Assembly (NCBI GenBank): GCA_050743965.1
Contig: JBOGGF010000054.1
Span: 1-37,851, forward strand
Length of the DNA stretch: 37,851 nucleotides
Origin: Acidimicrobiales bacterium
Lineage (GTDB): Bacteria > Actinomycetota > Acidimicrobiia > Acidimicrobiales > RAAP-2
Direction of reading: 5' to 3'
Part shown: positions 26,962-35,199 of the stretch, piece by piece
How positions within the stretch are numbered: position 1 is the stretch's first letter
Layout of the letters: each line of letters begins with the position of its first letter
Notes under the pieces: generated by a model
What the model was told of the DNA's origin: nothing
Databases searched by the model: none
What the model saw: only the letters and a program-made list of their open reading frames with translations
Position numbers and translations under genes: made by a program

Positions 26962-28274
26962 GGTTCGTGCCCTACGCGATCGCCGGCGCCGTCGTGGTCT
27001 TCGTGCTGGTGCGGCGGTGGCGCGGACGGCCTCGGGGCCACGGCGCGCGACGATCGTTCTCCACGTTGTCGAGAGGGTGGGCGGGAAGGCGGGGGCCGCT
27101 CGGTGACACGGGGCTGGTGGCGGCTCGCGAGATCAGGGAGCGCCTGCGCGGCAGGCTGTTCAAGGTCGTCACCCTTCTCCTGCTGGCGGTGGTCGCGGCG
27201 GCGATCGTCATCCCGACCGTCCACTCCTCCAGCTCGCCTCGCGCCATCGAGATCGGCGTCGTGGGTACGCTCGCCGGCCCGGTCCGCCATGCCGTCGTCG
27301 TGGCCGCCAAGGATCAGGGACCGACGGTGCGCTTCGTCACCGAGCCCGATGCCGCCGCCGCACGGTCCCGCCTGCGCAAGGGACAGATCACACTCGTCGT
27401 CGTCGGCAGCGCCTCGGTGCTCGTCGAGACACTTGGCGCCCTGAGCAACGGGACAACAACGGGCCGGGCGGCCCGCTCGGTGGCGTCTGCGCTGGGGGTC
27501 GAACGCGCCTTCACGGCGGCGGGCCTCAGCCCGGCACAGGCGACGACCGTGGCGCACGCCAAGCCAGTTCCGGTGCACGGCCTCGAGCGGGGAGCCCGAA
27601 AGGGTGCCGTGACTGCCACCTTGGTCGTCGGGCTCGTTCTCATCTTCGTGCTGCTCACCCAGTACCTCACCTGGACCCTCATGGGGGTGATGGAGGAGAA
27701 GACGAGCCGGGTCGTGGAAGTACTGCTGGCGACGGTACGGCCGGTCCAGCTGCTCGGGGGCAAGGTACTCGGGATCGGTCTGGTGGCCTTCCTGCAGGCG
27801 GCCATCGTCATCGCCGTGGCCCTGGTCCTCGCGGCGGCGGTCGGGTCCACGCTGCTGGACGGCACCACCCCGCTGTTCCTGGGTGCGACCCTGGTGTGGC
27901 TCCTGATCGGCTACGCCTTCTACTCCTGGGTCTTCGCCGCGGCCGGCTCGATGGCCGCCCGCCAGGCCCAGGTCCAGAGCCTCTCCCTCCCCCTCAGCAT
28001 CCCCATCATGGCCGGCTACATCGTCGGTCTCACGAGCGCCGGTCCCGCCGCGCCGTCCCTGCTCGTCACCGTCTTCGCCTACCTGCCGCCCACGGCGCCG
28101 TTCGGGATGCCGGTGCTCGTGGCGCACGGATCGGCGACGTGGTGGGAATTCCTGCTGTCGGCCCTCGTCTCCGTGGGCTGCACGGTCGGCGTCGCCCGAC
28201 TGGCTTCGGGCATCTACCGCCGAGCCGTGCTCCAGACGGGGCGCCGGCTCACGGTCCGCCAGCTGCTGTCGTAG
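26958..28274 (+). CDS. ABC-2 family permease (NatB/YhaP-like, large extracytoplasmic loop)
   Basis: 438 aa with an N-terminal TM segment, a ~170-aa loop, then five or six TM segments carrying MEEKTSRVVEVLLATVRP, which is typical of this family. ATG 26958 overlaps the upstream stop (ATGA). Confidence 0.85.
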   Translation: MRFVPYAIAGAVVVFVLVRRWRGRPRGHGARRSFSTLSRGWAGRRGPLGDTGLVAAREIRERLRGRLFKVVTLLLLAVVAAAIVIPTVHSSSSPRAIEIGVVGTLAGPVRHAVVVAAKDQGPTVRFVTEPDAAAARSRLRKGQITLVVVGSASVLVETLGALSNGTTTGRAARSVASALGVERAFTAAGLSPAQATTVAHAKPVPVHGLERGARKGAVTATLVVGLVLIFVLLTQYLTWTLMGVMEEKTSRVVEVLLATVRPVQLLGGKVLGIGLVAFLQAAIVIAVALVLAAAVGSTLLDGTTPLFLGATLVWLLIGYAFYSWVFAAAGSMAARQAQVQSLSLPLSIPIMAGYIVGLTSAGPAAPSLLVTVFAYLPPTAPFGMPVLVAHGSATWWEFLLSALVSVGCTVGVARLASGIYRRAVLQTGRRLTVRQLLS

Positions 28275-28329
28275 CCACCACCAAGGCGGCCAGCACGCGC
28301 GGCCACGGCAGCGGCGGTAGCGTTCACCC

Positions 28330-28653
28330 ATGCTCATCTCGACCATGAACGACATCCCCGGCCACGAGGTGACCGAGGTCCTCGGCGAGGTCTTCGGCCT
28401 GACCGTGCGGAGCCGGAACATCGGCTCCCAGCTCGGCGCCGCCTTCAAGTCGCTAGGTGGCGGCGAGCTGCGCGGTATGACCAAGAACCTGGCCGCCAGC
28501 CGCCAGGAAGTCATCGGCCGCATGGTCGAAGAGGCTCAGGCCAAGGGGGGCGACGCCGTGCTGGCGTTCCGTTTCGACACGTCGGAGATGGGCGGGAACT
28601 GTACCGAGATCTGCGCCTACGGGACGGCCGTCCGGATGCGGAAGGTGGGCTAA
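28330..28653 (+). CDS. YbjQ-family (UPF0145) protein
   Basis: 107 aa, with MLISTMNDIPGHEV..LGEVFG and DAVLAFRFDTSEMG..TEICAYGTAV matching the YbjQ family along its length. Confidence 0.85.
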   Translation: MLISTMNDIPGHEVTEVLGEVFGLTVRSRNIGSQLGAAFKSLGGGELRGMTKNLAASRQEVIGRMVEEAQAKGGDAVLAFRFDTSEMGGNCTEICAYGTAVRMRKVG

Positions 28654-28738
28654 GCCAGCCGACGCCGGTCTGGCGCTATCATTTGCCGGGCGCTACGGCC
28701 GGTGTCGATCGGAGGCGCACGACGGTGGGGGTGTCGAG

Positions 28739-29575
28739 GTGACGATGGTGAAGCCGGCAGCGTCCAAGCCGGCCGATGGCGAGAAGAGGCCGTCGACCGA
28801 GCGGCGACCGGGGGGCCCCGGCGGCGCCGGCGGCGGTGGGGAAGGTGGGGGCGGGCGGTCGTTCTCCCGGCGCACCCTTCTGCTGCTGGCCGCGGCGGTG
28901 GTCCTGGTGGCAGGTACGGCCGTCGCCGTCGTCACCGTCCGCTCCGGCAACCAGGCGTCGTTGACAAGCATCCGCCCGAGCGGCATCCCCGCCAACATCT
29001 CGACCCCCGACGCCGCCCTCATGGGCCTCGATTCTTTGCCAACGCACCGGGCGCCCGGCTTCACCCTCACCGACCAGAGCGGGCAGACGCTTTCGTTGGA
29101 CAGCTTCCGCGGTCGCCCAGTGATCCTCGAGTTCATGGACCCCCACTGCACGGACATTTGCCCGATCCTCTCCCAGGAGTTCGTCGACGCTTACCACGAC
29201 CTCGGCTCGGCGGGCCACCGCGCCGTCTTCCTCGCCGTCAACGTGAACAAGTACGCACTCGGAGTGTCCGCCATCGCCGCCTTCTCGAAGGCACACCAGC
29301 TCGACACCATCCCGACCTGGCACTTCTTCACCGGCCCGCTGCCCACCCTCGAGCAGCTGTGGACAAAGTACGAGATCGCCGTGACAGCCCCCGGGCCCAA
29401 CGCCGACGTCCTGCACACGTCGATCGTCTACTTCATCGGCCCGAACGGGCACGAGCGCTACCTGGCCGCCCCGGCGGTCACACACACGAAGACCGGCCAG
29501 GCCTTCCTGCCGACCAACCAGATCACCGCCTGGGGCCACGGCATCGCCACGTTGGCCCGGGACCTCGGCGCCTGA
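28739..29575 (+). CDS. SCO1/SenC-family thioredoxin-fold copper chaperone / thiol-disulfide oxidoreductase
   Basis: TM anchor, then FTLTDQSGQTLSLDSFRGRPVILEFMDPHCTDICP (CxxxC) and a later conserved H (VLHTS). Gly-rich N-terminus. The start is GTG 28739 or ATG 28745. Confidence 0.85.
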   Translation: MTMVKPAASKPADGEKRPSTERRPGGPGGAGGGGEGGGGRSFSRRTLLLLAAAVVLVAGTAVAVVTVRSGNQASLTSIRPSGIPANISTPDAALMGLDSLPTHRAPGFTLTDQSGQTLSLDSFRGRPVILEFMDPHCTDICPILSQEFVDAYHDLGSAGHRAVFLAVNVNKYALGVSAIAAFSKAHQLDTIPTWHFFTGPLPTLEQLWTKYEIAVTAPGPNADVLHTSIVYFIGPNGHERYLAAPAVTHTKTGQAFLPTNQITAWGHGIATLARDLGA

Positions 29576-29611
29576 TGGCGCCCGCCGGTTAGGTCCCGTC
29601 CCGGCCGGGTA

Positions 29612-29659
29612 CTGCGCTCGCGCGGCGCCGCCAGACGGATGCGCGCCGCGTGAGCGCAG
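29612..29659 (+). other. 17-bp GC-rich stem (one mismatch) with a 14-nt loop between the sco-like and DUF427 genes
   Basis: CTGCGCTCGCGCGGCGC (29612-29628) pairs with GCGCCGCGTGAGCGCAG (29643-29659). No U-tract follows. It lies 23 nt upstream of ATG 29682. Confidence 0.5.
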
Positions 29660-29681
29660 CATCGAGGGCGAGGAGCGAACC

Positions 29682-30371
29682 ATGGGTCTCACCGTCGGAT
29701 CAGGACCGTTCGGGCCCAAGGCCGAGGGGCGGCACAATGCCACCGCCGATGATCGCTTCGTGCTCGTCGAGCCGTTTGCCCGCCGGGTGCGGGCTGTCTG
29801 GGACGGCCGCACGGTCGTCGACAGCGACGCCGTCTCGATGGTCCACGCGGCAGGCTCGCTGCCCCGCTACTCGTTCCCGGGCGGCGACGTGACGCTCGAC
29901 GGCGGCACCGAGGAGGACCCCGAGGTGCCCGGGAACGTCACCGTGGCGTGGGACGCCGTCGATGCCTGGTACGAGGAAGACGAGCGGGTCTTCGTCCATC
30001 CCCGTGACCCCTACCACCGTGTCGACTCGTTCCTCACGCCCCGCTGCGTGGAGGTCCAGCTCGGCGGCACGCCGCTGGCCCGCTCGACGCGGGCCCGGAT
30101 GCTGTGCGAGACCAGTCTTCCGCCCCGGTGGTACCTTCCGCGCGCCGACGTCACCATGGAGCAACTGCTGCGCTCGAGCACCGTCACCCAGTGCCCGTAC
30201 AAGGGCGCCGCCCGTTACTGGTCGGCTCGCCGGGGCGACCACGCCGTCGACGACGTGGTGTGGAGCTACGAGGACGAGGTGCGGGGCGACGGCGTGCCGG
30301 TACAGTGGCTGCTCGCCTTCGACGACCTGAAGGTCGAGGTCGTGGTCGACGGTGTCCGGCAAGGTGCCTGA
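29682..30371 (+). CDS. DUF427-domain protein (tandem DUF427)
   Basis: Two copies of the DUF427 pattern are present (RVRAVWDGRTVVDS...YSFP and VEVQLGGTPLARSTRARMLCETSLPPRWYLP...CPYKGAARYWS). GAGGAG RBS precedes the start. Confidence 0.75.
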   Translation: MGLTVGSGPFGPKAEGRHNATADDRFVLVEPFARRVRAVWDGRTVVDSDAVSMVHAAGSLPRYSFPGGDVTLDGGTEEDPEVPGNVTVAWDAVDAWYEEDERVFVHPRDPYHRVDSFLTPRCVEVQLGGTPLARSTRARMLCETSLPPRWYLPRADVTMEQLLRSSTVTQCPYKGAARYWSARRGDHAVDDVVWSYEDEVRGDGVPVQWLLAFDDLKVEVVVDGVRQGA

Positions 30372-30603
30372 CGGCGCGCCGGCCCCGGCGCGACCGATGC
30401 CCGACGCCGCTGCCGCACCTGACCTCCCGCCCGATGCGCCGCTGGCCATCACCGTGCTCGGGGGCAACGGGCCGTGCACCGCCCGCCGGCGGGCGTCGTC
30501 GGGCCACGTCGTAGGGCTCGACGGGGCGGCCCGCCTCCTCGTCGACGCCGGCGGGGGCAGCTTCGAGCGACTCGGCCCGGCTCAGCCCGGCGGCTGGACG
30601 TAG
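30352..30603 (+). pseudogene. N-terminal fragment of a metallo-beta-lactamase-fold protein
   Basis: LAITVLGGNGP...ASSGHVVGLDGAARLLVDAGGGSFERLG is the usual first beta-strand region of MBL-fold enzymes. The ORF stops before any HxHxDH motif, and its last 22 nt overlap the convergent hydrolase gene. Confidence 0.55.
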
Positions 30604-31775
30604 CCGTAGATCGTCTGGCCGAAGTAGCTGCTCGCCGAGGCCGGCGAGTACGGACCGACCTGGCGCACGGCCCCGCTCTCGTTGCCCCCGACCGTCACGA
30701 TCCCGCCGCCGGGGAGCACCTGCGTGACGATGTTGACGTGCTGGATGTTGGGCATGTTGAGCGCCGCGGCGTCGGGCCACACCTTCGCTGTGCCCGGTGA
30801 CACCCACAGCACGGCGTCCCCGGGGGCTGGCGTCGCCGAGGGCGGCAGGATCGTGCCGCCGCTGGTCATCGCCCAGGTCCCGATCGACGCCGCCGGCCCG
30901 GTCGCCGGGATGGGGACCCCGGCCCGCGCCCACACCCACGAGGCGAAGTAGGCGCACCATGTGCTGGCGAGCGGGCCGTAGGCGTACGGGTCGCCGTTGC
31001 CAACCTGGCTCGCGGCGATCGTGGCGATCGTCCCTCCGCCGACCGCCGCGCCGGTGACCATGCCATACGACGCCGATGCGGTGCCGAAGGCGTCGATCGT
31101 GCCGCTCGCCGCCACCTCCCAATAGCCGGTGCCGCTCGAACCGGCCGCCATCGACACCACCGATGAGCCGACGGCCTGGCCGCCGGCCGATCCGTGGAAC
31201 GGCGCGTCGCCGAAGGCGAAGACCCCACCGTCGGACGCTACCTCCCAGTAGCCCTGGCCATCCCGCGCCGCTGCCATGCCGACGATCGGCTGGCCGAGCG
31301 GATGGCCACCCATCGATCCGTGGAACGCGGCGTCGCCGAAGGCGAAGATGCCTCCGTCGGCGGCGACGAGCCAGTAGCCCCGCCCGTCCGGGGTGGCGGC
31401 CATCCCGACGATCGGCTGGTCGAGGGGGCGCCCTCCCATGGCGCCGTGGAATTGGGCTGCACCGAAGCTGAAGATCCCGCCGTCGGAGGAGACCTCCCAG
31501 TAGCCCCTGCCGTCGGGGGTGGCAACCATGCCGACGATCGGTCGGTCGAGGGGATGTCCGCCCACGGAGCCGTGGAATTGGGCTGCACCGAAGCTGAAGA
31601 TCCCGCCGTCGGAGGAGACCTCCCAGTAGCCCTGGCTTGTGGGCGCCGGCACCACGCCGACGACCGGAGCAGCGGGGCTGGTCCCCAACGGGGCGGCCGC
31701 TACCGGCGCCAGCGGCACGCCGACCGCCAGCGAGGTCGCCGCGAGCGCGCCGACCGACATGCGCGTCTTCCACAT
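30582..31775 (-). CDS. secreted protein: five 42-residue GYW repeats + C-terminal CHAP/NlpC-P60-like amidase domain
   Basis: Signal peptide MWKTRMSVGALAATSLAVGVPLAPVAAA. Repeats follow the pattern GYW(E/L)V..DGG(I/V)F.FG.A.FHGS.GG.PL..PIVGM. The C-terminal domain has Cys in STWCAYFASWVW and His in IQHVNIV...VGGNESG. AGGAGGGG lies 8 nt before ATG 31775. Confidence 0.8.
   Translation of the reverse strand: MWKTRMSVGALAATSLAVGVPLAPVAAAPLGTSPAAPVVGVVPAPTSQGYWEVSSDGGIFSFGAAQFHGSVGGHPLDRPIVGMVATPDGRGYWEVSSDGGIFSFGAAQFHGAMGGRPLDQPIVGMAATPDGRGYWLVAADGGIFAFGDAAFHGSMGGHPLGQPIVGMAAARDGQGYWEVASDGGVFAFGDAPFHGSAGGQAVGSSVVSMAAGSSGTGYWEVAASGTIDAFGTASASYGMVTGAAVGGGTIATIAASQVGNGDPYAYGPLASTWCAYFASWVWARAGVPIPATGPAASIGTWAMTSGGTILPPSATPAPGDAVLWVSPGTAKVWPDAAALNMPNIQHVNIVTQVLPGGGIVTVGGNESGAVRQVGPYSPASASSYFGQTIYGYVQPPG
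31002..31631 (-). repeat. 126-nt periodic intragenic repeats (five units, last ones degenerate)
   Basis: Units 1 and 2 share a perfect 63-nt identity (31444-31506 = 31570-31632). Confidence 0.85.
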
Positions 31776-31997
31776 GAAAAGAACCCCTCCTGTTGGACCC
31801 CGCACCGGGGAAGTCGGAGGTTTTAGCAGGCAACACGGCGGGTAACGCAAGGCGCTCGCCTCGGCTCAGGGGGGCTGCAGTATGACGGAACCGCGTCAAT
31901 TCCCTGCTGGACGGTCACTGCAATCCCGGTTCGGTGTTCACCGAATTTCAACACGACTGCGGCCTGCGCGCCGGCACGCGCCGTCACGAGGTGCGCG
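31776..31997 (-). promoter_or_regulatory. 222-nt lower-GC structured leader/intergenic region upstream of the hydrolase gene
   Basis: On the minus strand: hairpin UUCGGU-GAAC-ACCGAA. CAGGG...CCCUG encloses GACG-CGGUUC-CGUC. CCCCG-GUG-CGGGG lies at plus 31798-31810. CCUCC (plus 31816-31820) is complementary to the SD GGAGG (plus 31786-31790). Confidence 0.4.
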
Positions 31998-33404
31998 CTA
32001 CGGGGTGATCAGGGCAGCGCCCGCCTGCCGGCCGAGGGAGGCCGACTCGACGACGGCGAGGAACGGCAGGATGGCCACGAGGAGGAACGCCACCTCGAAG
32101 GGTCCTCGCCCGCCGCCGGCCACTCCGAGGGCACGGTCGATCGGCGCGCCGGCGTAGAGCGCCAAGCCACCGATGGCGACGCCGAGGCCCATCGTCAGCT
32201 GCTGGATGGTGCTGACAAGGGTGTTGGCGTTGTTCATCTCCTCCTGGGCCACGTCGGCGAACACGATGGTGTTGTAGGCGGTGAAGCCGACGGAGCGGAA
32301 GACCCCGCTGACCAACAGGTCGACGACGATAAGGACCAGCGACGTGCCGGCGGTGAACGTCGCGCAGAGCGCGAGCGTGGCGCCGGCAGCGCAGTTGGCG
32401 ACCACGAGGGTTCGGCGGAATCCGAACCGGCGCAGGATCGGGGTGGTCAGCGGCTTGATCGCGATATTGCCGACGAAGACCGGGATCACCACCAGCCCGG
32501 CCTTGAAGGCGCTCCACCCGAACGCCTCCTGGAAGAGCAGCGGCAGCAGGAACGGTGCGGCACCGATCGCCATGCGGAAGCACGAACCGCCGGCGGCCGT
32601 CACCCGGAACGTCGGGATGCGGAAGACCCGGAGGTCGAGCAGTGGTTGGCGGCTACGCCGGAGGTGGCGGACCGCAATCGCCAGCACCACGGCACCCGTC
32701 AACAGGGCGGCGGCGATGGGACCCCACGTCGTGGTGCCGTCGGTGATGGTCTCGAGCCCGCCGACGAACGTCACCAACCCGACTCCCGTCAGGAGGAAGC
32801 CGCGCCAGTCGAGGGCGCGGTGGTCGTCACGGCGGAGGTTGGGGACGATGCGGAGGGCGACGAGGAGGGCCACGACCCCCAGCGGGAGATTGACGAGGAA
32901 GATCCACCGCCACGACAGGTAAGTGGTGAGGGCGCCGCCGATGGCAGGGGCGATCATCGGTGCCGCCAGCGCCGGCCAGGTCAGATAGGCGATGGCGTTG
33001 ATGAGGTCGGCCTTGGCCGTCGCCCGCAGCACCACCAGCCGTCCGACCGGCACCATCATCGCCCCGCCGACCCCCTGGAGCACCCGCATGGCCGTCAGCT
33101 CCCCCAGGCTGCCGCTCGCGGCACAGAGCCCGGAAGCCACCGTGAAGACGACGATCGCCGCGGTGAAGATCGTCCGGGCGCCGTAGCGGTCGGCCACCCA
33201 GCCGCTCACCGGGATCAGGACAGCCAAGGTGAGCAGGTAGGCGGCGATCGTGATGTTGAGCGCCACCGGGTGCACGCCGAACGACCGGGCCATCCGCTGG
33301 GTGGCGGTGACCACGATCGTGCCGTCGAGGTTCTCCATGAAGAACGCGCCGGCCACGAGGAGCGCCAGCGCGCGCCAGCCCGTTGACGCGGAGGTGGTTG
33401 GCAC
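31998..33404 (-). CDS. MFS transporter, DHA2 (14-TM) family
   Basis: MENLDGTIVVTA, GWVADRYGARTIF and MRVLQGVGGAMMVP motifs are present. GTG 33404 gives 468 aa. The 587-aa track ORF runs on into ackA-derived sequence. Confidence 0.88.
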   Translation of the reverse strand: MPTTSASTGWRALALLVAGAFFMENLDGTIVVTATQRMARSFGVHPVALNITIAAYLLTLAVLIPVSGWVADRYGARTIFTAAIVVFTVASGLCAASGSLGELTAMRVLQGVGGAMMVPVGRLVVLRATAKADLINAIAYLTWPALAAPMIAPAIGGALTTYLSWRWIFLVNLPLGVVALLVALRIVPNLRRDDHRALDWRGFLLTGVGLVTFVGGLETITDGTTTWGPIAAALLTGAVVLAIAVRHLRRSRQPLLDLRVFRIPTFRVTAAGGSCFRMAIGAAPFLLPLLFQEAFGWSAFKAGLVVIPVFVGNIAIKPLTTPILRRFGFRRTLVVANCAAGATLALCATFTAGTSLVLIVVDLLVSGVFRSVGFTAYNTIVFADVAQEEMNNANTLVSTIQQLTMGLGVAIGGLALYAGAPIDRALGVAGGGRGPFEVAFLLVAILPFLAVVESASLGRQAGAALITP

Positions 33405-33419
33405 GCACCCAGTCTGCTC

Positions 33420-34251
33420 GCTCGAGAGCCGCCGCCCCGCAATCCTCTGCTCCCCTGCCGCGGCACGAAGCGGGCGCCCGGCCGGCTCGCCCCGGCGTCG
33501 GCGTCGACCACGGGGTCCAGACCGCCCGCGACCGCGAGCGGGCCCAGGCCGGCACAGATCGCCTCGCGCAGCTCGGGTTGGTCCGCGCCGATCTCTCCGG
33601 TGAAGCCGAGGGCGTCGCAGCGGTCGAGGCAGACCGCCGCGGCAGGGATCCCCTGGCGGGCCGCAGGGTGAAGACCTCGAGGGCGAGGCGAGGCGTCGGC
33701 CGCTGCGGCCACCAGCTCGCGGGTGTCCCCGCTCCGGCCGCCGACAGGCCGAGCAGGCCACTGCGGCGCTCGAGCCCGTCCCTGATCTCTTCGACCGTCA
33801 TCCCCCGCCGGCCGATCAGGTCGAGAGCAGGCCCGGGTCGACGCTGCCGCTGCGCGTCGACATAGCGGGCCCGTCTAGCGGGGTCAACCCCATCGACGTC
33901 CACACGCTGCGCGCGTCCTGCACCGCACACACCGACGCCCCGCCGCCGAGATGGGCAAGGACGGCGGGCAGCTCCGTCGGCCGCCGGCCGCCGGCCGAGC
34001 AGCCTGGCAGCCCGTGGCACGGCCGAGGCGTACGAGAGCCCGTGGAAGCCACGCCGTCCGAGATCCCACCGAGACCGCCACTCCTCAGGCAGGGCCTCGG
34101 TGCGAGCCACCTCGGGCACGGTGACGTGGAAGGCGGCGTCCACGGCGACGACGCGGGGGCGGTCGGGCGGTCGGCGGCCGTCGGCGCCCACGAGCACCAG
34201 GCGCAGGCTGTGCGGGCCGGCATCCACGCCCAGGATCCGGTTGACCGTCAT
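33420..34251 (-). pseudogene. ackA: acetate/propionate kinase relic (multiple frameshifts and internal deletions)
   Basis: Fragments lie in three frames. They read [21 protein letters not shown]; [19 protein letters not shown]; [45 protein letters not shown]; MTVEEIRDGLERRSGLLGLS; and CDALGFTGEIGADQPELREAI. Only about 830 nt remain against about 1200 nt for intact ackA. The 3' boundary is approximate. Confidence 0.8.
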
Positions 34252-34337
34252 GGGGCACCACCTGCCCACGACGGCCCCCGCCCAACAGTGCGCGGCCAAC
34301 CGTGCGCGGCGGACAGGCGCCTTCTAGGGTCGGGGCC

Positions 34338-35066
34338 ATGCCCGACACCGAGGACACGAACGCCGCCGTCTGGAAGTCCGAACATGCCATCGCCCAGTGG
34401 GTCGCCACCGCCGACGAGCGTGAGCGGCAGCGGGCCTGGCCGCGCCGGTTGACGGCCGAGCTGCTGCCCTTCGGGGTCGACGCCGAGTTCATCTTCGTGG
34501 ACCTCGGGGCCGGCACCGGTGCCGCCAGCGCGGCGGTGCTCGACCGGTTTCACGGCGCGACGGCGGTCCTTGCCGACTACTCGCCCCAGATGATGGCCGA
34601 GGGCGAGCGGGCGCTGGCCGCCTATGAGGGCCGCTACCGCTACGTCGAGCTGGATCTCGGTTCCGGCCGATGGCCGGCGGCGCTCGGCGGCGGCATCGAG
34701 GCGGCGATCAGCTCCCTGTGCGTCCACCACCTGCCCGACGAGCGCAAGCGGCAGCTGTTCGTCGAGATCTACGAGCGCCTGCTGCCGGGTGCCTGGTACT
34801 TCAACTATGACCCGGTGGCGGCGGGCGATGCCCCGACCGAGCTGGCGTGGCGCCGCGTCGGGGACGCCCGCGACCCCGATGCTGCGGCCAAGCGGGAGCA
34901 CCGCACCCCCGAGGAGCACGCGCGCTGGGAGAACCACGTGCGCTACATCGCGCCTCTCTCCCTCCAGCTCGACTTCCTCCGGTCCGCTGGGTTCGAGGGC
35001 GTCGACGTCTACTGGAAGGAGCTGGACCACGTCATCTACGGCGGGCGCCGTCCGGCGCCCGACTGA
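34338..35066 (+). CDS. class I SAM-dependent methyltransferase
   Basis: Motif I FVDLGAGTGAAS, and post-I and motif II regions (VLADYSPQMM, AISSLCVHHL), are present. ATG 34338. Confidence 0.8.
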   Translation: MPDTEDTNAAVWKSEHAIAQWVATADERERQRAWPRRLTAELLPFGVDAEFIFVDLGAGTGAASAAVLDRFHGATAVLADYSPQMMAEGERALAAYEGRYRYVELDLGSGRWPAALGGGIEAAISSLCVHHLPDERKRQLFVEIYERLLPGAWYFNYDPVAAGDAPTELAWRRVGDARDPDAAAKREHRTPEEHARWENHVRYIAPLSLQLDFLRSAGFEGVDVYWKELDHVIYGGRRPAPD

Positions 35067-35072
35067 GGACCA

Positions 35073-35114
35073 GGCAACCGGTGGGCTCGCGGCGCACCTC
35101 ACGAACCGGTTGCC
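35073..35114 (+). terminator. perfect 10-bp inverted repeat GGCAACCGGT-22 nt-ACCGGTTGCC after the methyltransferase gene
   Basis: Seen directly 7 nt after the stop at 35066. With no U-tract, a terminator or an operator upstream of the sigma gene are both possible. Confidence 0.3.
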
Positions 35115-35199
35115 GCCACCGTTGGCATGGCGTGAGCGATTACCGAACCGTCCCGGTGGGCCCGATGGTGCCCCGGCTCTCGCCGCGGCGGGGGCTCAG

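Noticed and set aside
30582-31997. The hydrolase gene plus leader as a mobile element or genomic islet inserted into the MBL gene.
   Set aside because: No integrase or transposase, no terminal inverted or direct repeats, no tRNA target and no obvious codon-usage shift in the CDS are visible. I kept it only as a rearrangement breakpoint finding, not as a mobile-element call.
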